A stretch of 41,341 nt of DNA, from assembly GCA_026991575.1 (NCBI GenBank), contig JALXBF010000155.1, positions 1 to 41,341 of the forward strand, in the 5' to 3' direction. Of the stretch, positions 29,510 to 39,364 are shown piece after piece. Origin of the DNA: Planctomycetota bacterium. Lineage in GTDB: Bacteria; Planctomycetota; Planctomycetia; JALXBF01. The position numbers and the translations under genes are program-made. Within the stretch, counting starts at the first letter, position 1. Each line of letters opens with the position of its first letter. Under the pieces are notes generated by a model. The model did not search any database. It was not told where the DNA came from and saw only the letters and a list, made by a program, of their open reading frames with translations.

Positions 29510-30498
29510 CGCGTTTGCTGCTTGTCGGCGCTCTGATCCTCAACGGACACAGAAAAGTCGTTGCCGTCGCTGACGACCGTGATGCGCCCTGATACGCAGT
29601 TCAGCAGCACCGGCACGTCAAAGACGCGACGGGCCTCGACAGCGCGAGCGTACCGCGCCAGCACGCTGACCAGAACCAGCCGCGGGCGGGCCGCTTGAGC
29701 GAACTCTGGCGTGACGTGCAACCCGTGACCCGGAGCAACCAGGACATCGCACCGCAGGTTCTCGGCACCGACGAAAGGGATCAGCGAATGCCTCTGGTCG
29801 AGCCGCTGCACGTCGCCCGGCAACAGAAATGTGACGTTGCCGTGACGGATCCGCAGCACCAGCGAATTCGCATTCACCAGGTAGTGCGCGGGTGGATCGT
29901 TCGCCGGTCGTTTTTCCGGCACCGGGTCGCCAAAGTAGGTCCGCGGAGGCGCCAGGACCTCAACGGCCAGGGCCGGATCGATCGCCAGGCGGCTTCCGGC
30001 CGTCAGCGCCGTGTACTTGCCTTGGGCCCGGAACCGCTGCCGGACCTTGTCGTAATCGCTGAGCTCCCGTCGGTACTGTTCGCCGGCCGGTCCGTCATAA
30101 CGGTACCCGGAATCGTACAGCCGCCGGATGGGAACATTCTCTGCCAGCCACAGCAGACCGCCGAAGTGATCGTAGTGGGCATGGCTGATGAAAACGCCAT
30201 CGATCACGGTGACGCCGAGCGATTGCAGGTAGGGCCAGATGGTGTCACGTCCGGCGTTGTAGCCTTTGCGCCAGCGGCCGCCTTCCTCCGGATAGCCGTT
30301 CCCCGTGTCGTACAGGAAGACTCGTCCGCCCGGGGTGCGTAGCACGAGGGCAAGGCCGTTACCGCCCCCGGCGTCTCTGGTCGGCAAACAGACCAGCGTG
30401 AAGCTCGACCCGGGCGGAACCACAGGCCGGTCGCCGGCCGCCAACGCGAACGTCAGCAAAAGGAGTCCGGCTAGAACAGCAAGCAGTCGCACTTTCAT
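29506..30498 (-). CDS. Exported ComEC-type metallo-beta-lactamase-fold hydrolase
   Basis: Signal peptide MKVRLLAVLAGLLLLTFALA; YDTG, SHAHYDHFGG (HxHxDH), NANSLVL, LLPGD. Confidence 0.85.
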   Translation of the reverse strand: MKVRLLAVLAGLLLLTFALAAGDRPVVPPGSSFTLVCLPTRDAGGGNGLALVLRTPGGRVFLYDTGNGYPEEGGRWRKGYNAGRDTIWPYLQSLGVTVIDGVFISHAHYDHFGGLLWLAENVPIRRLYDSGYRYDGPAGEQYRRELSDYDKVRQRFRAQGKYTALTAGSRLAIDPALAVEVLAPPRTYFGDPVPEKRPANDPPAHYLVNANSLVLRIRHGNVTFLLPGDVQRLDQRHSLIPFVGAENLRCDVLVAPGHGLHVTPEFAQAARPRLVLVSVLARYARAVEARRVFDVPVLLNCVSGRITVVSDGNDFSVSVEDQSADKQQTR

Positions 30499-30883
30499 GG
30501 TGACGACCATTATAGTCGCGTTGCCATGGCCAGCTGCCGCGTGCGCCCAAGGTGCGGCACCTGGCGCAACCCAGCCTTCGGCTCGAGCGCGTGCAGCCGC
30601 CGATCTGGCAGAACCAATGGTACCCAGCACCGGCCACCGACGCCTCTCCCCTGCCTACGCCTCCGCGGGGTCACGCGCAGGCGTGGCAGGACCGACCTCT
30701 GAGTTCCCCCTCGCCGGGCCAACCGCGGCCGCTTGCTCCACAGCCAGCGGCACCGTACCGCTTCTTGGCCGCCGCAGCCAGCGCGGTCGCCTTGTCCCAA
30801 AGTCCGTGTTCGTTTGCCAGAGGACTCTGTAGGTGCCGGCCCTGGGCAAGGCCGCCCATAGCGTCCAGCGGTCATGGCGCCGC

Positions 30884-31303
30884 TCAACCGGCCGCCTGGC
30901 CCGGTCCGGTCGGCGCCTGCACGTGCTTGAGCTCAATAAGCGTGCGGAAGATTTCAGTTCCGTTGGCCAGAACGAGCAGCCGGTACTGGGCGAAATAGGG
31001 CAACCTGATGAGGAGGTTTGTGAACCGGACCGTGTGACAGGCAAACGGTTCCTTGCTCTCGATCGGCCGATCCTTTGGTGTCTTCCAACCCCAGATGATG
31101 TTTCCCCCTTTGTCCACGATCTGCAGCTCCAGGTGTTGGGGCCCCAGGACGTCGGTTAGAAACATGAGCACATCAGCGCGAAAGGTCGCCGGTACCTCGG
31201 ACACGTGCCACTCATGACCGATGTCACAGGCGGCGTATCTACCGTCAGACACGTACGTCCGGTGCGCCAACGTGAAACCGATCACCAACGGTGCGTCAGC
31301 CAT
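30884..31303 (-). CDS. Hypothetical beta-rich protein (DUF6941-like)
   Basis: GGAGG SD; natural amino-acid composition; beta-strand pattern with YRLLVLANG. Confidence 0.65.
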   Translation of the reverse strand: MADAPLVIGFTLAHRTYVSDGRYAACDIGHEWHVSEVPATFRADVLMFLTDVLGPQHLELQIVDKGGNIIWGWKTPKDRPIESKEPFACHTVRFTNLLIRLPYFAQYRLLVLANGTEIFRTLIELKHVQAPTGPGQAAG

Positions 31304-31698
31304 TGCGCCTGCCTCCGTAAGTCACGCTGCCATTCAGCCGTACGACACACTGGAAGATTATGGCAGCACGACCCGGGGAATCGCGCCAGCGCGCATCAAC
31401 ACGGGAGCACCACAGCGCTCGTACGACACCGGAAGGGCAGCTGCGCAGCAGGGAGTCCAATCCTGCGCTGTCGCATTTCAGGGGGTAGCCAGCGCTGACC
31501 GGTCTTGGTTCAGGGCGGTAGGGCAGACGGGCAAGCAGCACACTCGGTCGCTCCGTGTACCTCCCTCGGCTAACCGGCCTGGTTCCCGTGCGTGCCAGAG
31601 TCGGCTAGCTCCGATCGGTCGGGAAACGGCGTACGCGCTGGTCCCTCCTCCCCACGAACGGTTGTGCGCCCGAAAGCGAAGCCCGGCCCGGACCGTTC

Positions 31699-32175
31699 TT
31701 ACAGCTGGCCCTTGATCAGGCGCTGCGCCTTGGGCCAGGCTTCAGCCAGGTACTGAATGTACTGCTCCGCGGTCATTGTTTCGGACGCATCACCGGCCAA
31801 CTCAAACAGCCAGCCTTCGCCGTAGTTGGCCACATTGATCCACGCCGGATCGTCCAGCAACCGCTCGTTGAAACGAATGACCTTACCGGCCATCGGTGCG
31901 TACAGGGCCGATTCGGCCTTCGAGCTTTCTATCGCCCCGATCTCCTGGCGCGATTCCCAGACATCGCCCGGCTCCGAGTACCACTCCAGGAAGTAGACGT
32001 CGCGCAGCAAGCGGACGGCGTACGCCGTGAAGCCGAAGCGATGCACGCCTTTGCCGGCAGCGTCCGGCAGGCACCACATATGGTTCCAGCAGTACCGGCG
32101 GTCTCGTGGGATCTCCGCCGGGTACTCCCCCATGTGAAAGACAAGCACGTCCTCACGCTGCGGCTCAGGGCTCAT
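31699..32175 (-). CDS. gcvH: Glycine cleavage system H-like lipoyl carrier
   Basis: HMW, FGFTAYA, IESSKAES (lipoyl Lys), APMAG, IN..YGEGWLF. Confidence 0.9.
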   Translation of the reverse strand: MSPEPQREDVLVFHMGEYPAEIPRDRRYCWNHMWCLPDAAGKGVHRFGFTAYAVRLLRDVYFLEWYSEPGDVWESRQEIGAIESSKAESALYAPMAGKVIRFNERLLDDPAWINVANYGEGWLFELAGDASETMTAEQYIQYLAEAWPKAQRLIKGQL

Positions 32176-32947
32176 GGGGTATCGACTCGCCGAGTTCTTC
32201 TTCGAGCGGTTTCCAGTGACCGAGGTGGTCGTAGGCTGTGAGGTCGAAGCGCAACGGAGTGACCGTCACGTAGCCTTGCTTCAGGGCGCCAAGGTCCGTT
32301 TCCAGGTCGTCATCGGCCAGCGGCAGCTCCGGGCTGGGCCAAAAGTAGGTGCGACCACGCGGGTCGATGCGGCGCTCGAATCGTTCGTCAAACCGAGCCG
32401 TCGACTGGCGAACGACGCGGACGCCGACCGGCAAGCCTCTGCGGAGATCCGGGATGTTGATATTGAACAGCGAACCGCTGGGCGGCTTGTGCTTCAGAAT
32501 GCGGTCGATGACACTGACGGCAAGCGTGGCGGCTAGCTCGTAATCGGCCCGCGACGCGTACTCGAGCGAAACGGCGAATGAGGTTCTGCCCAGATAAGCC
32601 CCCTCGATGGCTGCCGCCACCGTGCCTGAGTAAAGCACGTTGATGCCGGCGTTGTAGCCGGAGTTAACGCCGCTGATGACGACCTCCGGCGCAGGACGGA
32701 TCAGCTCCAGACAGGCCAGTTTGACGCAATCGGCCGGACTACCCTCCACAGCCCAGCCGATCAGCCGGCTTCCTTCGTAGAGTTCCTCCACCAATAGCGG
32801 AGCCTTGATGGTAATCGCATGGCCAACGCCACTTTGCTCCTCCGCCGGGGCAACCAACCAGCATTCGCCCAGGCGTGCGGCGGCACGCCAGAGTGCCCGG
32901 ATGCCGGGAGCGTAGGCACCGTCATCGTTAGTCACCAGGATGCGCAT
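32165..32947 (-). CDS. surE: 5'/3'-nucleotidase SurE
   Basis: ILVTNDDG, EQSGVG, GSPADCV, SGVNSG.N, YSGTVAAAIEG. Confidence 0.97.
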   Translation of the reverse strand: MRILVTNDDGAYAPGIRALWRAAARLGECWLVAPAEEQSGVGHAITIKAPLLVEELYEGSRLIGWAVEGSPADCVKLACLELIRPAPEVVISGVNSGYNAGINVLYSGTVAAAIEGAYLGRTSFAVSLEYASRADYELAATLAVSVIDRILKHKPPSGSLFNINIPDLRRGLPVGVRVVRQSTARFDERFERRIDPRGRTYFWPSPELPLADDDLETDLGALKQGYVTVTPLRFDLTAYDHLGHWKPLEEELGESIPHEP

Positions 32948-32967
32948 CGACTGCGGCTCCGTTCGGT

Positions 32968-34317
32968 CTAGGGCAACTGCTCTAGAGCACGTCTCAGCGC
33001 GCTGTCGTCCAACCGGCTGGCCGACAGGTTGCCGGTGAGGTATTCCTGGTAGGCGGTCAGGTCAAAGTGGCCGTGGCCGGAGAGGTTAAAGAGCACCACG
33101 ATCTCGGTGCCACTGCTGCGCGCTTCCAGCGCAGCCCGCCGTACTGCGGCCACAGCATGAGCCGACTCTGGGGCCGGGACGATCCCTTCGGCCTGCGCGA
33201 ATTCGACGGCCGCCTGAAACACCTCCGTCTGGTCCAATGCGACAGCCTCCAGCCAGCCGTGCTCGTACAGGTGAGAAACCAGCGGCGCCATGCCGTGGTA
33301 GCGCAGGCCGCCAGCATGGACCGGCGGCGGAATGAAGCCGTGCCCGAGCGTGTGCATGGGAAGCAGCGGAGTCAACCCGGCCGTGTCGCCGTAGTCGTAG
33401 GTGAAGCGGCCGCGAGTTAGTGAGGGGGCGGCGCTAGATTCGGCGGCAATCACCCGATAGCGGCGCTGCCCAGTGCGAAGCATCTCACCAACGAACGGAA
33501 ACACCAATCCGGCGAAGTTCGACCCGCCGCCCACGGCACCAACCAGAAGCGTGGGCTGTTCGCCGGCCAGCTCAAGCTGCCGCTTAGCCTCCAGGCCGAT
33601 GATCGTCTGGTGCAGCATCACGTGGTTGAGCACGCTGCCCAGAGCATAGTGGGTATCCTCCCGTCCCAAGGCTTCCTCGACCGCCTCACTGATCGCAATC
33701 CCCAGGCTTCCAGGGCTGTCCGGATCGTCAGCCAGCACGGCCCGCCCCGCGGCGGTCCGATCGCTCGGGCTCGGGATCACCTCTGCCCCGTACAGTTCCA
33801 TCAGCACCCGCCGGTATGCTTTCTGCTGGTAGCTGACGCGCACCATGTACACCACGCAGTGCAGCTCGAATAGCCGACACGCGAACGCAAGGGCCGAACC
33901 CCACTGCCCTGCTCCGGTCTCAGTGGTCAACCGCCTTGTGCCTGCGGCGCGATTGTAGAAGGCCTGCGCGACGGCAGTGTTCGGCTTGTGACTACCCACT
34001 GGACTGACACCCTCGTACTTGAAGTAGATGCGCGCCGGCGTCTGTAGCAGACGCTCCCAACGGTCCGCGCGCACGAGAGGCGTCGGGCGCCAGAGGCGAT
34101 AGGCGGCCAACACTTCGTCAGGGATCGGCACAGCACGCTCGGTGGTCACCTCCTGCTCGATGAGGGGCGGTGGGAAAAGCGGTTCCAGCTGCGATGGATC
34201 CAGCGGCGTGCGTGTGCGCGGGTCAAGCGGCGGTTGCAGTGGTTCGGTCAGATCCGCCGCGATGTTGTACCAGGACCGGGGCAGTTCGTCCTCACCAAGG
34301 AGTATCTTCTTACCCAT
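32968..34317 (-). CDS. trpB2: TrpB-like PLP enzyme (tryptophan synthase beta, type 2)
   Basis: WYNI N-terminal extension, GSHKPNTA (PLP Lys), [28 protein letters not shown]. Confidence 0.95.
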   Translation of the reverse strand: MGKKILLGEDELPRSWYNIAADLTEPLQPPLDPRTRTPLDPSQLEPLFPPPLIEQEVTTERAVPIPDEVLAAYRLWRPTPLVRADRWERLLQTPARIYFKYEGVSPVGSHKPNTAVAQAFYNRAAGTRRLTTETGAGQWGSALAFACRLFELHCVVYMVRVSYQQKAYRRVLMELYGAEVIPSPSDRTAAGRAVLADDPDSPGSLGIAISEAVEEALGREDTHYALGSVLNHVMLHQTIIGLEAKRQLELAGEQPTLLVGAVGGGSNFAGLVFPFVGEMLRTGQRRYRVIAAESSAAPSLTRGRFTYDYGDTAGLTPLLPMHTLGHGFIPPPVHAGGLRYHGMAPLVSHLYEHGWLEAVALDQTEVFQAAVEFAQAEGIVPAPESAHAVAAVRRAALEARSSGTEIVVLFNLSGHGHFDLTAYQEYLTGNLSASRLDDSALRRALEQLP

Positions 34318-34323
34318 TGGCTT

Positions 34324-35229
34324 CTACTCGTTGTGACTTTCCGCACCCCCTTGCTCGACCCGGACAACCACCTGGGCATCCCGTGGCCGAAATAGGGGCT
34401 GGCCGAACCGATCGACGCCGTAGCGGGCAATCCGCTGCTGTGTTTCAGGCGCCAGCAGGAAACGCACGAAGCGGTGGGCAGCGGCGCGTTTCACCGAAGG
34501 ATGCCTTCTCCAGTTAACCACGATGACGCTGTATTGATTGAGCAGATCCGGGTCTCCTTCAAACAGGATGACACAGTCCAGGTGCTGCTGTTGAAAGAGG
34601 TAGGTCGAGCGGTCGGAGAGGGTGTAGGCGTTCAGCTCGCTTGCGATCCGTAAGGCCTGAGCCATGCCGGCACCGGCTACTCGGTACCATGCCCCGCCGG
34701 GAACAACGCCGGCCTTGTCCCAGAGGGCACGCTCTTTCTTGTGCGTGCCGGAGTCATCACCACGAGACACGAACGTTGCTCTGGCGCGTGCAATGCGGCG
34801 GAAAGCGTCGACTGCGGACTGAGCAGCTTTGACCTCAGCGGGATCTCCGGCCGGCCCGACGATGACGAAGTCGTTGAACATGACCACCTCGCGTAGCTCC
34901 CCCCACCCCGCCGCCATGAACTTCTCTTCGGCAGCAGGAGCATGCGTCAGCAGAACATCCGCATCGCCGCGACGGCCCATGGCAAGGGCCTGGCCACTAC
35001 CGACCGCAACCACCTTGACCTGGATGCCGGTTTCTTCGGTGAAGATGGGTAGGAGTTCGTCCAGCAGGCCACTGTCTCGAGTGGACGTCGTGGTGGCAAG
35101 CACGATGGCTTGTTGCGGCTGCTGGACCTCAGCGCAGCCGCAAAGCAGGATCGCAGCACAGCCAAGCAGAGCCCGCACACTAATGCGGACCACGGACTGG
35201 TGCTGGTTAGCTCCCAAGATGCAAACCAT
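34324..35229 (-). CDS. tupA: Tungstate ABC transporter substrate-binding lipoprotein
   Basis: LATTTSTRDSGLL (TTTS signature), GSGQAL, SRGDDSGTH, LLNQYSV; lipobox LCGC; GAGG SD. Confidence 0.88.
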   Translation of the reverse strand: MVCILGANQHQSVVRISVRALLGCAAILLCGCAEVQQPQQAIVLATTTSTRDSGLLDELLPIFTEETGIQVKVVAVGSGQALAMGRRGDADVLLTHAPAAEEKFMAAGWGELREVVMFNDFVIVGPAGDPAEVKAAQSAVDAFRRIARARATFVSRGDDSGTHKKERALWDKAGVVPGGAWYRVAGAGMAQALRIASELNAYTLSDRSTYLFQQQHLDCVILFEGDPDLLNQYSVIVVNWRRHPSVKRAAAHRFVRFLLAPETQQRIARYGVDRFGQPLFRPRDAQVVVRVEQGGAESHNE

Positions 35230-35524
35230 GGTCAGCCTCGCTGGGTGCGCACACGGCACGCGTTCTCGAACAAGTCAGTGTATGGCAGAGGAAGGGCGCC
35301 CCGTTGAGCGGGTGTCGATGACGGCCCTTCAGCAACCGGTCGCGATCCAACGGACCGCTGCGGGCACGACCGCAGGGACGGCAACGCGATGCACCGCCGC
35401 TGACGTCCCCTGTGATAGTTGCCAGCCCCCGGGCCCATCGTGTAAGGGCTGCGTTGGACCGTTGTTGAGGTGGCAGTGCCCTAGCACGGGCTGCGGCTGA
35501 GCTCGCTCGGTGCGATGACGTGTG

Positions 35525-35556
35525 AAAAAGAAGGGGCCGACCCCTGGGTCGGCCCC
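35525..35556 (-). terminator. Rho-independent terminator of clpC
   Basis: Minus strand GGGGCCGACC-CAGG-GGTCGGCCCC followed by TTCTTTTT. Confidence 0.85.
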
Positions 35557-35587
35557 GGTGCCATTCGGACGGTTGATATCTGACGAA

Positions 35588-38116
35588 TTACTTGCCGTCT
35601 TCGGCGCCGACCAGCGACGGCTGCTGGCCTTCTTCGCTCTCGGCCCGGAAAACGAGCCGCTTCTCGCCGTTCCGCTCCTCGACGTCGACCACGATACGGT
35701 CCTTACCGACGAACGAGTCTTTAATCAGCTCTTCGGACAGCGGGTCCTGCACGTGGTACTCGATGGCACGACGAAGCGGCCGAGCACCGTATTCGGGGTT
35801 GTAGCCCCGCTCGATCAGGAAGTTCCGGGCCGCGTCGGTGAGCTCGAGCTTGTAGCCCTTGTCGGCCAGTCGCTCGCGCAGCTTGCTGAGCTCGATGTCG
35901 ATGATCTCCTTGAGGTCGTCGCGCGTCAGTGGACGGAACACGATCACCTCGTCCACTCGGTTAAGGAACTCAGGTCGGAAGTATTTCTCGATCTCGCTCT
36001 TCACGCGCTCCTTGATCTTCTCGTACGTCACCTCCTCGTCCTGAGGCTGGAAGCCGAAGCCGGACTGGTTCTTGATCGCTTCCGCGCCTGCGTTCGTAGT
36101 CATGATCAGCACGGTATTGCGGAAGTCGACATGTCGCCCGAACGAGTCGGTCAAGCGGCCCTCTTCCATGATCTGCAACAGCATGTTGAAGACATCCGGG
36201 TGAGCCTTTTCGATCTCGTCGAGCAGCACCACGGCGTAGGGACGTCGCCGGATCTGCTCGGTCAGCTGGCCGCCTTCCTCGTAGCCGACGTAGCCCGGCG
36301 GAGCGCCGATCAAGCGGCTGACGTTGTGCTTCTCCATGTACTCGGACATATCGATCTGGATCAGCGCATCGGCGTCACCGAAGAGGAACTCGGCGAGCGC
36401 CTTGGCCGTGTGGGTCTTCCCTACGCCGGTAGGTCCGGCGAAGATGAAGCAACCGACTGGACGGCGTGGGTCTTTGAGGCCGCTGCGGGCGCGACGGACG
36501 GCGCGAGCGATCGACTTGATCGCTTCGTCCTGGCTGACCACCTTCTTGTGCAGCTCCTCTTCCATACGCAGCAGCCGCTCCCGGTCCTCGGCCGTGATCC
36601 GCGTCAGTGGGATACCGGTCATGGTGGAGACCACCTCGGCAACCACCTCCTCGTCGACCACGCCTTCCGATTCGGCCGTCTTCTGATTCCACTCCTGGAC
36701 AACCTTGTCCAGCCGGCGACGTAGCTTCTCGACCTGGTCGCGGTACCGTGCCGCCTTCTCGAAATCCTGATTCGCGACGGCTTCTTCCTTGAGCTTGGTT
36801 AGCCGCTCGATCTCTTCTTCGATTTCGCGTACCTCGGGGGGTCGGGTGGTCGACTTCAGCCGAATGCGGGCACCGGCCTCGTCGATCACGTCAATCGCCT
36901 TGTCCGGCTGGCACCGTCCGGTGATGTACCGCGACGACAACTCCACGGCCATTTCGATCGCCCGATCGGTGATTCGGACGCGGTGGTGCGCCTCGTAGCG
37001 ATCGCGCAGGCCTCGGAGGATGGCGATGGTCTGTTCGCGCGAGGGCGGTTCGACGATGATGGTCTGGAACCGCCGCTCCAGTGCACCGTCTTTCTCGATG
37101 TACTTGCGGTACTCATCCAGCGTCGTAGCGCCGATGCACTGGATTTCGCCGCGGGCAAGGGCCGGTTTCAGCACGTTGGACGCGTCGATCGCGCCTTCGG
37201 CGCCGCCCGCACCAACCAGCGTGTGCAACTCGTCGATGAACAGAATCACGTTCTTCGCCCGCCGCACCTCGTTCATGACCGCTTTGATCCGCTCCTCGAA
37301 CTGGCCACGGTACTTGGTGCCGGCGACCATCATGGCCAGGTCGAGCACGACGATGCGGCGGTCACGGAGAAGCTGAGGCACGTTGCCCTCGACGATCATC
37401 TGGGCCAGGCCCTCGACGATCGCCGTCTTGCCCACACCAGCCTCGCCCAGTAGCACCGGGTTGTTCTTCGTCCGCCGGCTCAGTACCTGGATGACCCGCT
37501 CGATCTCACGTTCGCGACCGATCACGGGATCCAGCTTGCCCTGCCGAGCCAGCTCCGTGAGGTCCCGGCCGAAGCTGTCCAGGGCGGGCGTCTTCGACTT
37601 GGTAGTGCTACGACCTGAAGGCACGGTTCCACCTCGCTCGCCCGACTCCTCGGCAAAAGAGCTATGGCCGAGCAGTTCGAGCACGGTTTCGCGGACTTCT
37701 TCCAGGCGGAGGTTCAAGTTGCGCAAGACCTGCGCCGCGACTCCCTCGGGCTCACGGAGCAGCCCCAATAGCAGGTGCTCGGTACCCACGTACCCGTGAC
37801 CTAAGGTACGTGCCTCCTCAATGGCATATTCGATAACCTTCTTCGCACGCGGCGTAAGCGGCAGCTTCCCCATCGTGACCATGTCCGGTCCACTCTGGAC
37901 CAGCTTCTCGACCTCGAAACGGATCTTGCGCAGGTCGACGTCCATGTTCTTCAACACGTTGGCCGCTACACCGCTGCCCTCCTTGACCAGGCCCAGCAAG
38001 ATGTGTTCGGTGCCCACGTACTCGTGATTGAACCGCTGGGCCTCCTGGTTAGCCAGCTGCATCACTTTGCGGGCACGCTCCGTGAAACGTTCGTAATTGG
38101 GATCCTCGAAGCTCAT
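35588..38116 (-). CDS. clpC: ATP-dependent Clp protease ATP-binding subunit ClpC
   Basis: Double Clp-N repeat, GEAGVGKT and GPTGVGKT Walker A motifs, UVR motif ([11 protein letters not shown]), FGF loop, GARPLRR. Confidence 0.97.
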   Translation of the reverse strand: MSFEDPNYERFTERARKVMQLANQEAQRFNHEYVGTEHILLGLVKEGSGVAANVLKNMDVDLRKIRFEVEKLVQSGPDMVTMGKLPLTPRAKKVIEYAIEEARTLGHGYVGTEHLLLGLLREPEGVAAQVLRNLNLRLEEVRETVLELLGHSSFAEESGERGGTVPSGRSTTKSKTPALDSFGRDLTELARQGKLDPVIGREREIERVIQVLSRRTKNNPVLLGEAGVGKTAIVEGLAQMIVEGNVPQLLRDRRIVVLDLAMMVAGTKYRGQFEERIKAVMNEVRRAKNVILFIDELHTLVGAGGAEGAIDASNVLKPALARGEIQCIGATTLDEYRKYIEKDGALERRFQTIIVEPPSREQTIAILRGLRDRYEAHHRVRITDRAIEMAVELSSRYITGRCQPDKAIDVIDEAGARIRLKSTTRPPEVREIEEEIERLTKLKEEAVANQDFEKAARYRDQVEKLRRRLDKVVQEWNQKTAESEGVVDEEVVAEVVSTMTGIPLTRITAEDRERLLRMEEELHKKVVSQDEAIKSIARAVRRARSGLKDPRRPVGCFIFAGPTGVGKTHTAKALAEFLFGDADALIQIDMSEYMEKHNVSRLIGAPPGYVGYEEGGQLTEQIRRRPYAVVLLDEIEKAHPDVFNMLLQIMEEGRLTDSFGRHVDFRNTVLIMTTNAGAEAIKNQSGFGFQPQDEEVTYEKIKERVKSEIEKYFRPEFLNRVDEVIVFRPLTRDDLKEIIDIELSKLRERLADKGYKLELTDAARNFLIERGYNPEYGARPLRRAIEYHVQDPLSEELIKDSFVGKDRIVVDVEERNGEKRLVFRAESEEGQQPSLVGAEDGK

Positions 38117-38361
38117 GGCCTAGCCTCGTTGTCTTTCGCGATCTTTTCGGATCTCTTGGGAAATGCCGACCTCGAAGCCGAGCACCGTCGCCCGAACCTC
38201 GCGTCGCCCCGGTTTCAGAAAACCTACCGTTTCGACTGCGGCCTGCGGCAGTTCGTTCCCGCAACAACCGTGCCACTCAGCCGAACGCTCCGATCCACCC
38301 GTCCGTGCCAACCGGAAACCCCATCCATCCGCTCTCCACTAAATCATACGGTCTGCAGCAA

Positions 38362-38925
38362 TCAGGCCCGAGGCGCGTCCTCGCCATTTTGCCCAGATTC
38401 AGGTTGTGACGCGAACACAACTTCTGCCAGATGGTCCGCCTCCCACTGCCACTTCGGCCCGGCTACCGCGCGACAACGTTCCAGGTACAGGTGCGCGCGG
38501 GGCAGGTCGCCGAGCAGATAAGCGGAGACGGCCATCGCAATCGCCGCATCCCCGTCGGCCGGATTACGCCGCAAGAGCGCCTGCAGCCGCGTCTCCGCCT
38601 CCTCGTACCGACCACGAAGCAGCGCAACCAGCGCGTCGCGGTACTCCCGGTCCGCCTGCTCATCGTCCGACGCTCGCCTCAGGCCGCTCAGCCACCACAG
38701 CGACTCCAGCGCCGAGCCCAACCAGAACATGGCTACCGCCAGCCACGCACCGCGGACCGCGACCGGAGGCACCCAGGCAGACCAGACCAGCCAGCTAAAC
38801 ACGGCCGTGTTTAGCAAGAGGGCGAAGACCACGGCCCGGATCAGACCATCCAGCTCGCGGCCATTCCAGATCTGCACCAGACCAGGCCAAATGTGCCACC
38901 ACCAACGGTGCTTCCCTGCCGTCAT
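38362..38925 (-). CDS. Membrane protein with C-terminal TPR repeats
   Basis: Two TM helices then YRDALVALLRGRYEEAE...NPADGDA TPR pattern; GGAG SD. Confidence 0.75.
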   Translation of the reverse strand: MTAGKHRWWWHIWPGLVQIWNGRELDGLIRAVVFALLLNTAVFSWLVWSAWVPPVAVRGAWLAVAMFWLGSALESLWWLSGLRRASDDEQADREYRDALVALLRGRYEEAETRLQALLRRNPADGDAAIAMAVSAYLLGDLPRAHLYLERCRAVAGPKWQWEADHLAEVVFASQPESGQNGEDAPRA

Positions 38926-39364
38926 GCCGATACTCCAATCAAGCGACCTCAGGCGGCTATCTCCCGACTCAGGCGCTGCGATTCTAAGCCCGCGGTCATG
39001 TCCCGATCAAGGTGCACTTCCTGACTACCTGCATGGAACCGGGTACCGACCAGCTCGACGAATGGCGGCCTTCAGATACGTCCCAACACCCGGCGACGCA
39101 ACACCATGGAGGCCAGCTGGCTCATGAGCAAACGCAAAACTGAGCCGTGAGACCGCAAGGGACGTGCCCTGCGATGGCCGGAAGCGTGGGGCAGCGTGCC
39201 AACCTGGGCTCCTAGACGAACAGCGAGCCTGCTGACCGGTACAATCGTTTGAAAGCCACCGACCGCTGAAACGGGCAAACCAGCGCTGGCAACAGGGCAT
39301 ACTGAGTCGGGTAACGCGCCCGATTAGCCACGGCCTGATCCCAACCACGCAGAAGCCGCCGACC

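Noticed and set aside
35260..35520. Moco/Wco riboswitch upstream of tupA
   Set aside because: No recognisable conserved motif elements on the minus strand
35522..36724. Long antisense ORFs (400 aa opposite clpC; also 13934-15316 opposite glmS and 16757-17707)
   Set aside because: Shadow ORFs produced by high-GC codon bias opposite well-supported genes
39290..39360. TPP riboswitch before thiE (CTGAG...CCTGAT)
   Set aside because: Lacks CTGAGA/ACCC P2 pairing, the G-x-TAAT-x-C P5 loop and the AGGGA end
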